DNA of 61,744 nt, filler included, from Choristocarpus tenellus KU-1152 (Eukaryota; Protista; Phaeophyceae), in the NCBI GenBank assembly GCA_964200185.2. It is 10 parts of 10 records of this genome, joined end to end, with 100 filler letters (N's around TTAATTAATTAA, not from the genome) between each part and the next. Parts side by side here need not be neighbours in the genome. Positions count along the whole stretch, not along the records: positions 1 to 3,667 come from CAXNAD020018627.1; positions 3,768 to 6,474 come from CAXNAD020025440.1; positions 6,575 to 10,842 come from CAXNAD020015386.1; positions 10,943 to 14,991 come from CAXNAD020016487.1; 6 more parts are not named here. One strand, 5' to 3'. The translations under genes and the position numbers were made by a program. This document shows, in pieces, positions 1 through 11,159 of the stretch. The notes below the pieces were generated by a model, which was given only the letters and a program-made list of their open reading frames with translations, did no database searches and was not told where the DNA came from. Numbering within the stretch: the first letter of the stretch is position 1; each line of letters starts with the position of its first letter.

Positions 1-23
1 CCCCCCCCAAGATACTTTGACCC

Positions 24-1050
24 AATACTTGTTTACTTTGACCCTGTGCCATTAGCCACACACTCATACCACTCCTGTTGGTTAGTGACCTTTGTGCTCC
101 AATCCTCAACTTCAATCCCAAACTTGGTCAAGGTCGACTTGAAGGTATGTCCACCAGTTGTTCTCCTCTCCACTTTGCTTCCGTTTTCCATTTGCAACCT
201 CCCCAAATATTGAAATATCTTGGGAAGATACCCATCCCCCATCCGAGCAACTGATGCAGCCAAATAGAAGGCTCCGCTTGCACACTTTTGCCTCGATACT
301 ATCCCACACAGTCTCCATAACAACTTTCTTTCAGAAGAGGAAATGACCAGTGCGTTCCCTTTTGCAGAAACCTATGCAGTGGGGGAGGACTTTGTGATAA
401 TGTGAGCGGAGGTTCAGATAGTGAGCCTGGCAGAGTGTCTGCATGTCATACAAACACAGAACAGAACTTCAGGCACTTTAGTGCTGAGCACTTAGAATCT
501 TAAGCTTAAGTGAGACACCTGACATTCTCTAATAAATAGCTTGTCTTGTATTTGCAAAAACAGCTCCAAGCTTTCTGAATCGTTCGGCATCGTCACTGAT
601 CATTCCCCCGAGGTCAACAAACTTACCATCCTGCTTGTAGGTCTGTTCCAATACTTGAATCCGTATGGTTTCGGCATCCTGATTAGGAGGGCAAAGACAT
701 GCATTCTTTGTCTTTAATACCCATACAGTCAGGCCAAATTAATGTGATCGCCTTCACAAGCACAGTCGTCATCCTGACCAAGCCTCCCTGGTTCTTCGAG
801 ACAGTGCCCACACTGTCAGCGTAAAAGCATACACATACTTGTCCCTCTAGTGTTGGCCTACTCCCTGATGCTGCTCTTCTGATCGGGTTGTTTGTGACCT
901 CTCTTTTGATGACAACAAGGTCCTTGGAGATATAGCTGGGTCAGAGGTGAATTTCTTGACCATTACACTTACCACTGCATGCAGAGAAGATGTCGAAGGG
1001 GATTGGAACAAGAACACAACCCTGTAGTACCTGCATGTGAAATAATAGAT
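24..1050 (-). mobile_element. Decayed RTE-clade LINE (RT C-terminal region)
   Basis: Minus ORF 33-323 reads VARMGDGYLPKI...LTKFGIEVEDWSTKVTNQQEWYECV, resembling the RTE C-terminal pattern GHVARM.d.RlPK...W...A.dR..W. A frameshifted ML-YAD motif lies near 815-830. Confidence 0.65.
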
Positions 1051-1329
1051 CGAGTTTATGCAGTTGGGTGTTTGGGATGTCGTGTTCGTCCTGTCAGTTA
1101 CGATCAGTCTTGTTACGCCTAGTCTGTGTTGCCTGGTGATTGATTCTGAAATTGATAAATAAAACTAGAAATGCTCAGATCGCAAATATATACAACTGAC
1201 ATTCATAATTTCTAATAGGCAAAAACAAAGTTTGATAGAAGCAATCCTCTCAAATATATACTGCAGCCAGATCATAACAGATAGGCGGGGTAACCCTCTG
1301 TTGGCATAGAAGCAAGGTGCATCGGTGAG

Positions 1330-2460
1330 GTAGGATTATTATTATTACCTCTACCAATTGACCCCTGGCCGAATGGTAGTGCACAATGCACTATTTCAAT
1401 CCTACAAATCTCCTGTTGCGTTTAACTGATTCACAAGTTGGTCAAATCATTATTTAACTTATTTATTCTTCACAAGTCTACAGATAAGAATGTCTACAAA
1501 TATTTTTTGTGAGGTTCGAAGGAGCAGTGAAGACATGTTCTTCACTAGCCCTGGCCCGCCACCAGAGTCAGTGTGGACAAGGGGCAAATACCTGGACCTC
1601 CACACAATCCCTGGAACCACCACACCAGATCCCTCACATAGAGTTTTGACTCACTGGCGACAGATCTCTAGGGAGGAAGGAGGACCTATCCAACATCTGT
1701 CCAGTAGTTGGGTGGAGGAGGCATAATGTCAATACCACAAACATGTCCGTACCTGCCCTAGAACAGGGGGACAGATACACCAGCACACGCCTATGGTTAA
1801 ACGTCTGGGTCAACTTTACAAGGGAATGTGCATCCCTTGCACTATGGAGGATGATGGCCCATTCGGAGTGGACCAGAACTTACGCATGAATTTGATTTTC
1901 GTGGTGGAGCACTTGTGGACACTGGATCAGGTCGCTACCGGGACAAAGGTCTCTAGTCCCCCCATGCTTCGTAGTGTATTTTTCAAGGTGGTCTACGCAG
2001 TTTCCTTGTATCAATCCTCCTGGATGTCACGTTTGCAGAAATGCAAGCAACATCCCATCTGCCACAGTAACCCACCAGCATGGGGTAGTTGCTGCTGCAG
2101 CTGAGGCATGAAAGCACACCCACTGCAAGGGTTCATTTGATCCTAGTAGTTTTGACCTCGACACCTTCATGACGGAAAGTGATGGATGCCTCAGCAAGGA
2201 AGCAGATTTCTTGTGGATGAGTTGAATATACACATAGTGGGGTAGAGGAATGGGAGATAATAGCAGGAAAGGGGCTTCAAATCCAGGTTACAAGAATTAG
2301 TGCCTGTCAGGACACAAGTGGCTCTCTCAAGACGTGTATTGTGTTTCAAGCTAGAGACACCAGGCAGATGGACAAAGAAGGCATCTTTCAGATTGTTGGG
2401 ATCATTCCCTAGGTCCTCACCCACTTGTGTAGGGCTAAGCTAGGTTGGAGGCATAGCAGC
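1330..2460 (+). mobile_element. Decayed CRE-like non-LTR retrotransposon 3' region (Zn knuckle + restriction-like endonuclease)
   Basis: H..TCP.TG knuckle remnant near 1740-1790 and MEDDGPFGVDQNLRMNLI. Colinear and homologous with the better-preserved copy at 6810-7370. Confidence 0.6.
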
Positions 2461-2597
2461 AACGTACACACAAAAATGTAACTACCAACCTTTACAGGAG
2501 TGTTGTAGACTACCTGGTATTCAAATAGCAAATACTCGCAAACACATCAGAAACGTCAGTGGGCATTAAAATAGCTTTTTGAGAGATATAGAGATAT

Positions 2598-3400
2598 TGC
2601 ATTTATGACAATTGTCACTTTTGCAGGAGTTGTTGCAATAATGGTTGGCTTTTTCCCTGACATATTTGCAAAATATGAGACCGCATAATGGTATGTATAC
2701 CAATATACATAGTGATCATTTCTACCCAGGAATCCTGTACCATAAATTATGTACTGAGTATAACTCAATGCTGACGAATGATGTACAAAACCGATTTGTC
2801 AATATAACCATGTTTGCCTTGTACATACTAGAGCCAAAGAAAATTAGAGGTACCCAGGTTTTGACAGTTTTTCATTCTAAGTCTATTCTCCAATCTTTTC
2901 CAATTCATCCATATTCCATGGATGGAGTTCTAAGTTTGATTCGAGATGATTACTTTCTCTATTGCTTGAACTTTTCCACACAATTCAAAATATATCTTAA
3001 ACACATTAAAAAAAAAAGCGGAATTGTGTCTATATTAGTCAGCATCATTGAAACGCATGTCTGAGTACCTCTCATTTACATAGACTCTGATTTGTAGATA
3101 TCTCACCATTTTATGAACGCGTACGTACAAATGATTTGTCCCTATTCATCAAGATAAGACAATTATGTATTTATTATTATGCCTTCTGACATTTTACAGA
3201 TGTGTCAGGGGGGAAACAAATGAAAACTATACATAAGTATGTATCGTTGATCTGTCCCTAGCTCATCTTGATAAAAAAATCTTATATTGTAGATTATTAT
3301 GCCCTCTGACATTTTGCAGATGTGTCAGGGGGAAAACAAATGAAGACTATACATATGTCAGTATAAGCCCTAAAGAAATAAAACATCATAAATATGAAAA
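2598..3400. mobile_element. Non-autonomous foldback element with internal ~120-bp tandem duplication (same family as 15691-15958)
   Basis: Left catttatgacaattgtcacttttgcagg is an imperfect inverted repeat of right ccctaaagaaataaaacatcataaatatg. Segments ~3137-3235 and ~3254-3355 are direct copies. Confidence 0.55.
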
Positions 3401-3431
3401 CACTATAAAACACTATTATAATAATAAAATA

Positions 3432-3595
3432 TTGAGGCTTCCTAATAAAGACAATAGCCAAAATTACATCGTAGTCACAACATTGGATTTTGGCCCCAAA
3501 TGGATGCGGCTCTACCCTCTAAGATACTTAATATTTCGGAGTAGTAGGTATAATGTATACGTTATGAGAAGCTATGTCCGGAACAAGGACATTGC
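3432..3595 (-). mobile_element. Rearranged partial copy of the 260-bp Sola-type MITE
   Basis: The terminal segment (...ctaccctctaagatactt) is followed by an internal segment (ggagtagtagg...gtccggaacaaggacattg), the reverse of the normal order. Confidence 0.7.
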
Positions 3596-3667
3596 CCCCC
3601 CCCCGGGGCACAGGAGTAGGTAGATGGGAAGATAAGGAAGACAGTAGTACAATATTTGATAGAGATC

Positions 3668-3767
3668 NNNNNNNNNNNNNNNNNNNNNNNNNNNNNNNNN
3701 NNNNNNNNNNNTTAATTAATTAANNNNNNNNNNNNNNNNNNNNNNNNNNNNNNNNNNNNNNNNNNNN
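3668..3767. other. Artificial contig linker N44-TTAATTAATTAA-N44 (also 6475-6574, 10843-10942, 14992-15091, 31054-31153, 34361-34460, 52395-52494, 55584-55683, 58372-58471)
   Basis: The same 100-bp spacer occurs nine times. Its 12-mer gives stop codons in all six frames. Confidence 0.97.
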
Positions 3768-4104
3768 CCTATCTGAGAACAATGTCATCCGACCATACTC
3801 ACCGCATTCACTTTGCAGTTACCATGCCTAGATGTCTGATATACAAGTTAGAGATGCCTCCAGCGTGGAGTAATGTGTTACCTATGTGTGTATGTACACA
3901 TGCGATATGTTTTTTTATGCTTCAACAATTTCATATCATCCGGCCGTCCCCGCGCTGCTGCAGCTGTCACCACGCGTAAATATCTAAAGAATTAGAGTTC
4001 CGCTGTTGGCATACGATCCTTCTAGAATTCCATCCCCTGTCCCCCACATCCACCTCTAACACATCTCCCGTCCATTTATATACATACGTGCGGTACTACA
4101 ATAG

Positions 4105-6299
4105 GAACGGCACGAGGGAAGATAAGGACATGGGTCCGAAGCGATACCTGGTGATGTCCTGGATAGACTACTGGGCTGATACATACGGGCAGTTCATGCC
4201 TCACAAGCCCACAATTGTGATCTACGCCGCGAACAAAGAGGTAGGTTTTGCCCTTGGTTGTGGAGAGGTTGGCCGCATCCTGGGTTGGAGGATGTTCATT
4301 ACTTGGACCGGTCTGATATTAAGGTAGAAAGAACATGTGAAGATTCGTACCACGGGCTATTTTTTTCGTTTGCTAAGTCTAGGATACAATGATGATGATG
4401 ATATTCTTTGTCGCTTTTACGGAGGAAGGCACAGTAACTGTTATTTCGACGCCGTGTACACATACTATGTGGCCCCGGTCCCGGTCTGACATTGGTAGGG
4501 TCAAGTTATTGGTCAGCCCGCCTCTGAGAGATCTTCCAGGGGTGTTCTTCGAGTGTTCCTTCTCAATAACTCATCACTTTCCCACACAACCAACATTTTA
4601 AATTAGGATCTATACAAGGATTTTTGCAAAGAGGCAATACGAGTGTATCCTGACGACCCTCCCAAGCGGGTAAGCAAGGCGTACTTCCTCCGGTTGTTCA
4701 GAGAGGAGAGGCCCAACATCAGGGTGAGGGTAGGAGACGAGTTTATGAAATGTGACATATGTGTCACCTTGAAAGAGAAGCGTCACGGTGCGCCTGGTGT
4801 AAAACCCACGAACGACTCCACCGTCCTCGAGGCCACCGATAAGGAGCTGTCAGAACATCGAGAGGTATGTGTCCAGCGTTAATTTTGCAACAAGCGTACA
4901 GTGGCAACATGTCGCCGTCATTGCCCTCCATTTTCAACATCTGTTTCCGTTTGCGAATGAAGACTCCCACGCAGGTGCTAATGGCAGCAGCCTAACCCTC
5001 ACTCAGCGCAAAAACGTTCTTATTAACTGCCCACACACGTTATATGATAGACTGCTTCCTGGTCGTGTACAACGGGATGTAGGAGGGACAGGTACTGTAG
5101 CGGCTTCTCAGACCCCGTACGAACGTGCTTCCGACAATCCCCATAATACTGTGTTTGTGTTGAACGCAGCATTAAAAAACATATCCAAAGACAAAGATTT
5201 ATTTTTACCTACACTCCATTTTCTTACTAACCTCATACTTGTTAACAAGTGACCATTTTTTTACAACTCTGAGCAGATTTATTTGATTTACAGACGTAAT
5301 GTTGCCCTCCCCCATTCGCCAGATTATCAAAGCGGATCGGCTGGTCATCGCCAACAGCACCAGCAGCGCCATGCGGGCCAAAGTCGACGGTAAACCTCTC
5401 GGGTTCGTGTTCATGTCCGTAGAGACGCCGCGAACCAGACAGCACACGCCCTCCCAGCACTTTACCCACCTGCCCACGGGTGTGACAGGTAACCACACGC
5501 ACGCATAGTCCATCTGACAACAAGCCCGCAGTCACACGCAGAACAGAATAGACGACCCTGTTTTATTCTACGAATGAATGCAAAGTCACAAGAAATAACC
5601 GCCAAAACATACTCACATAATTCCACTACCTATTCCGATCGTCATGATGACGACACACCATATAACCTTTCCTTACACGATTCTTTGATTCATGTCCTTC
5701 TTATCAGGGGCTACTCCGAGCGCCAGAAAATCATGGCCGCACACGTCGAAGGCCAGTTCGCGGAGGTGTTCTTCACTCCTATCAATCTTGGAGGAGGTAC
5801 GTAATGTTGGTCGTGGCAAACAATCACGCACCACTTGGTTTTCCGTCATGGCGGGTGGACCTGCCGTAGGTTAGATACCCGAGGAAGAGTACATCCTTAC
5901 ACCATGTGCCTACAGATACCGCAGCCCTAGTGAACAGTCGATTAACTGATGATGCGCTGTGCTCACCTGCCATTCCATGCATCAGCTTTGGGTTAGGGCG
6001 AGAGGAACGTAAGAGCTAATCAACGGAGGAGGGAAACCCACACACATGTATATCAGCCACTCGGGTGTATGTGCTCTACATTGCTAAAACAAATTCCAAT
6101 ACCCCTCTTTTTAGTTCCAAATATACAATGCGTAAGTAAGCAGAGTACTATTTGCCAACTAACGACGGACATCATTGTTCGCGCAGGTTGTAACCTTGTC
6201 TGTACAGCCACCCACCTTGCCCTCACAAGGCTTATCGATAAGTACCACAACAGCCTCGATCACGCGGGGTGTCACATCATCCAGCACGCACATTGGCAG
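4105..6299 (+). pseudogene. Intron-containing Sola-like (DUF7869-type) DDD transposase fragment
   Basis: Phase-compatible exons 4105-4240, 4607-4864, 5323-5488, 5708-5796 and 6187-6299. They give WIDYWADTYGQFMP, VSKAYFLRLFREERPNIRV..DEFMKCDIC...H, FMSVD*AANQTAHALP (* = after removing an extra 2 bp at 5421-5425), KIMAAHVEG, and GGGCNLVCT...HWQ just before the expected second Asp. Confidence 0.75.
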
Positions 6300-6574
6300 G
6301 TAAGAAGGTTTCATCTTGACACGACCTACTCAACACATACTCGCTGAATACCGGTCACCAAAACTCTAACTGCATGGTCTTTAGTTTTGGTTAGTGTGTT
6401 GCTTGTTGCATGTATGATGGCGGTGATGTAGACCTTGCGCTCTAGCAGTACTGGAAACATACACTGTTCCTCCANNNNNNNNNNNNNNNNNNNNNNNNNN
6501 NNNNNNNNNNNNNNNNNNTTAATTAATTAANNNNNNNNNNNNNNNNNNNNNNNNNNNNNNNNNNNNNNNNNNNN

Positions 6575-6730
6575 AGAGCAGATAAAATGTATACCTTTTG
6601 AAAAGGTGTGTCCGGAACAAGCATATTTACACTTCCTAACAAGCATGATACCCAAAATTACATCAAAATCACAACATTGGGTTTTTGCCCCCAATTGGAC
6701 GCGACTCTACCCTCTAAGATACTTTGACTC
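6575..6730 (-). mobile_element. Sola-type MITE, partial (contig start)
   Basis: Ends ...ctaccctctaagatactttgactc and matches the full copies. Confidence 0.85.
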
Positions 6731-6809
6731 TTGATATGTTGGAGGCATTGTTATGTTGGAAGAACAAGTATTAAGAATGGGAGAAGATAAAAATAAATAT
6801 CACAATAAT

Positions 6810-7370
6810 AGCACACTCTAATGGTGAAACGACTGCATCAACTATGCAAGGGGATGGGCATCCTTTGCACTATGGAGGACGGTAGCCCTTTCACAGTGGA
6901 CAGGAATCTCCGCATGGATCAGGTGTTCCACGCAGGGGCACTAGCGGATGCCGGAACAGCCTCCTACAGGGACAGCTTTCTGCTAGATGTCAGCTTCGCA
7001 GAGGTACAGGCAATCGCCCACCTAACCCACTCATCCACCAGCAATGAATGGTGTAGCTGCTGCTGCAGCGGAGGCACAAAAGCGCACCCACTATGAGGAC
7101 TCCTTTGATCCTCGTAATTATAACCTCAACACCTTCGCGGTGGAAAGTTTTGGGCGCCTTGGCAAGCAAGCGGAATGCTTCCTGGATGAGCTGGCTACTC
7201 ACATGGTAGGGGGGAGAGGAACTGGAGGTTATAGCAAGGAAGGAATAGTTAAATCCCGGCTACGCCAAATTGTCTCGGTAACTACACAAGTGGCACTGTC
7301 TAGACGTGTCATACGTTTTGGGGTGGAATCACCAGGGAGATGGGCCTACTACACCAGGTATACCATTTCT
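6810..7370 (+). mobile_element. CRE-like non-LTR retrotransposon, restriction-like endonuclease domain remnant
   Basis: RMDQV...LLDVSFAE...EAQKRTHY...FAVESFGRLG...RLRQIVSVTTQVALSRR fits the PD-(D/E)xK RLE layout (R.D...DV...K..Y...ES.G). Frameshifted. Confidence 0.75.
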
Positions 7371-10300
7371 TTGTAAAACAATTGACTATACACAGCACAA
7401 CAATAAACAACACTCCAAATATTGACCCTAGGAGTGTGGCCAAGAATCGGGGAAGGGAAGAAGGCATCAATCTGTCAAACCTCTCCTACCTAGTAAATCA
7501 ACCTGGACTCTCTTGTTTAAACTTCTGAACTCTTCTGGGTATGACCCCTCGAGCACTGACTAAAATAATATGCCTCAATCCCGGAATTTAAAGGGTGTAT
7601 TTCTTCTTGAACCCTCCACACTCCTACCTCTTTCAATATTGTCTCGATTGTGTCGAAATAAGTCTCGTATCATGCTTATATTATAGTGTTTTGTTCGTTT
7701 TTGTATACATCTCGATTATATCGAAATAAATCTCCCTATCATACTTGATACAACAATCACCATAAAAATAGAAATATTTTATTATTACATCTCATATTGG
7801 TGGGTACTACCTTAAAGTACTAATACTAGTAATGACTACTTTAGTTGTGTTTGAGTACAGAGGTTAGAGTTGTATTATGATTGTAGAGGAGAAACAAGTA
7901 AGTCGCTTAATACTTAGCATCAAAAAAGTCAAACTTTGACTACCTAATGTTGCTCAGTCTTAATGATCAAGAATACCCCAAATACTCGGAGCAAGAAGTT
8001 GGTGTGTGTGGTGCATGTTCTAGAGGAAACATAGAGGCTTCATGCTGCTGTGGAAGTTGGTCGCGGGGTAGAGGTGTGTGTACGCTTAACAAGGAGACAG
8101 GGACATCATGGGGAATGTCCTGGATTGTTCTGGGGTGAGTGACATCGGAAAGACAACAGTATACAGTATAGCTGGTTGTATCAAGCCATAGTGTTGTTGT
8201 GGAACCGGGTTCGGATGCTTCGTTATGCCTCTTGCATTTGATGCAGTGGACTTCTCATCGATCGTGTTGGCTTCAACACCTCGCCTCGAACCCATCTCCG
8301 ATGTAACATTTCGTACTCTAGGCTCTACCTCTACCTGAAACAGAATTTCCTGTAAGGCCTAGTACCAAGCCCTAGTTGCAACGGATAAAGCTTCTGCTCC
8401 GTGCCAGGCAGACCTATATCGGCTGTTATTTTTTGGCAGAGGCTATCTATTGATTGTCACTGGTTCAAGCTATCGCAGGAGACAGCAAGTCGTATGCTCC
8501 TGGTGGTCTCCGTCCAAAATAGCGTTGCCTTAAACAACCTAGAAAGCTAGAATTGTTAATCTCAATTGGCCGATCTGCAGTTAACTATGGGACAAAGGGT
8601 AATCGGGGTTGATTAGCAATGCCGGTAGGATGATTTGGCGATCAACTCTCGTTCGACCGAGCGCCACGGACTACAGCAATAAATGGGTTGATATGTGGCT
8701 ATTCAAAGTTCTTCAGATAGCACCAATGCGTACAGGTGTGCGTATTTGTCGACATTACTGGGTGCTAGGTATACGACCTCAATTGTGGAATATTTTGTTG
8801 CAATAGTCGTTCTTGATGATGCTCTGGTTGGGCAAGAAGCAATGGGGCAATCAATGTATGGCTCTTGACACTGTAGAGAGTACGCGTCACCAGGGCTTCT
8901 CAGGAGACATCCATTGAGTTGATGAGTTATGCTGCATTGATTAAGCCATTTTGAGGAGCCTGCTTGACGTGGAAACAACACATCGATCCATGAGGAGACG
9001 GGCAAGCACCCTTGATAGCCTCACATACAGCAAGTGCACTTCCTTCTGGTTTTGGAAGTAGTTCAAAAGAGAACCTCTGTTACAGCTACAAATGAAGCAA
9101 ATGCAATACAACTTTAGCTTTCAAAGCCAAGGTGATGCATTTTACCACCAAAGTCCTTCAATAGCCCGAATTCAAATGTCCGACAGCCTGGGTTCAAATG
9201 ACCCAGAAGCAGCAATGCTATAGCCAAGGTAAGCGATTAACTCTCCTGATGTTCACTTGCTGCAACGACAAGTATTGACTCTATTGGTACATTTCGCTTT
9301 GACTCTCCCTTAGTAGCACAGTGATTGTTGGTAGTGGAATAATGTGGGAAGCAAATGCTAGGTAGGAATCACTGACTTCCAGACGTATCACCCCCCAAAC
9401 TTCTCCTTAGAGGTGAAAGTGAAGAGGCGCAAAACTTTGGCAACTTTAACTGTAGAATAGTGGCAGACAGTGAGTGGGGACCCCCCCCCCCTTGAATACT
9501 GAACACATGTTCATGAAAACACCTTTAAGATGTTCATCTGTCAACCCTGAGCCACAACAATTGATGACTGGGGGATGAATGCTCAATGGAGACAGTTTCG
9601 ATTATACAAAGCCAATGCTGTAACCCTAACCCTAAACCAACATTGAACGCCCAGTAGGAGGGGAGTACTATGTAGTATGATCACGATGACATAGTGTATC
9701 TCACCTTTCCGCTCGGACTTTGAATAGATTTGGTGGAGTTTGGTATGTTGATAAGGCGTACTATTATTGAAGGGAATGCACACCAATGATCACTTCAACT
9801 TCAAACTTGCCCAGTCAGACTCGAGATTCTGCTTCTCTCCCAGGAGAGCCATACCTACCTTTTCATTTGCAGGGCATCTACTTTTGCACCCTTTGCAAAG
9901 AGAAGAAAATCTCACTCTGGGTGAGACTGATCTGAAGCATTACAACGACATAGCTTAGCTTTAAAGCTGTCACACTGGGAGCATTCGCTCTATGAGGGAT
10001 AGCTGGCAGGAGAGGTTGCATTGTAACACGTGGCTGGATTCTTGGCCCTGCAGAAGCAGCAGTAGACTATTATCGCCGCAGTATTTGATTTGATGAACAG
10101 TACCCATCTTGTACACATTACATGTCTTAAGAATGAAAAAGATGTGTGAATGGTGACAAGACATGTAACCGAAACATGCTGATCTTCGTGCAATCAATAT
10201 CCTCCTGCTGCTGTTGTTGCTGCTTTTGCAGGACCCTCTGGAGGGCGACCAAGAGGATGAAGCGCGAAGCCCAACTCCTCTCAGCCCTCAGCGAAGTGGA

Positions 10301-10942
10301 CAGGATTTGCCCTTGCAGGGAAATGCAGGCCGTGGTGTTGGGGCTATGGAACACCCATCCTCTCCTATAAGGGGGACGTTTGAACATGCTATTGAAGTGA
10401 TGGAACCTGTGTTCTTGGAGAGGGAGGTGCCCCTTCGAGACAGCATCATGTGGAGACTTCAGAGGTGTGATGGAGCAGGGTATTAGAGGAACAGAAATGC
10501 TTTCATGCTGTGCTGCTATAATTCATAGGGTTAGGGATGGGAATAGGGTTAGGTCCCTAGCCCCAACGCAAAGTTGCCTTTCTCCTTTTTGATGTTGGAC
10601 TGTTGTCCATGGAAGGTATACCCTTTTACTGTATGGGAGTTCTAGAGATCATTTGTGTATGCGTGTCTTGTCCGATGTTGTGTCTCGGTGGCTGAGGCAC
10701 TGCTGTGAGAGGGATGGGGTGACTGTGTGCTCTGGTGTCAAAACTTGTCCAAAAGTTGTCAAAGTTGTCCAAAAGTGCTGTTGTTTTTTGTAAGTAAGGT
10801 AATGTCCAAATGATCCCGCTGCACTGTGTCGGATCCATCCCCNNNNNNNNNNNNNNNNNNNNNNNNNNNNNNNNNNNNNNNNNNNNTTAATTAATTAANN
10901 NNNNNNNNNNNNNNNNNNNNNNNNNNNNNNNNNNNNNNNNNN

Positions 10943-10985
10943 GTGAAAAACGGACACCGACACCCCCCCCCAGATACTTTGACCC
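10943..10985 (-). mobile_element. Terminus of G-tract sister family (GGGTCAAAGTATCTGGGGGG); related termini at 1-23, 14913-14991, 31031-31053, 34461-34500, 52495-52553, 55684-55841, 58315-58371, 61727-61744
   Basis: Shares the CAAAGTATCT TIR core with the 260-bp MITE (the 58315 copy is degenerate). Several longer termini also show the subterminal GTCC(A/G)TTT motif. All copies sit at contig ends. Confidence 0.75.
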
Positions 10986-11159
10986 AGTTCTTGATGTGGC
11001 CATTCATTATAGGAGGGGGGCAAGGGGATTCCCTTGTTTTGGCCCTGTCCTTGGCGGCATTATATTCACTCCTTCCTCATCCAGGGGAAAAAAATAACGG
11101 GTGCCCCCATACAACTTGGACACATAGGGTAAGAGTCCTGATAGGGTCTCGGCCAGAGG

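Noticed and set aside
3712-3723. TTAATTAATTAA as a piggyBac/Sola3 target or regulatory repeat
   Set aside because: It is always centred in the same N spacer, so it is an assembly linker.
7950-9350. Possible hAT or LTR coding remnant
   Set aside because: It looks like decayed coding sequence but has no motif that could be assigned convincingly.
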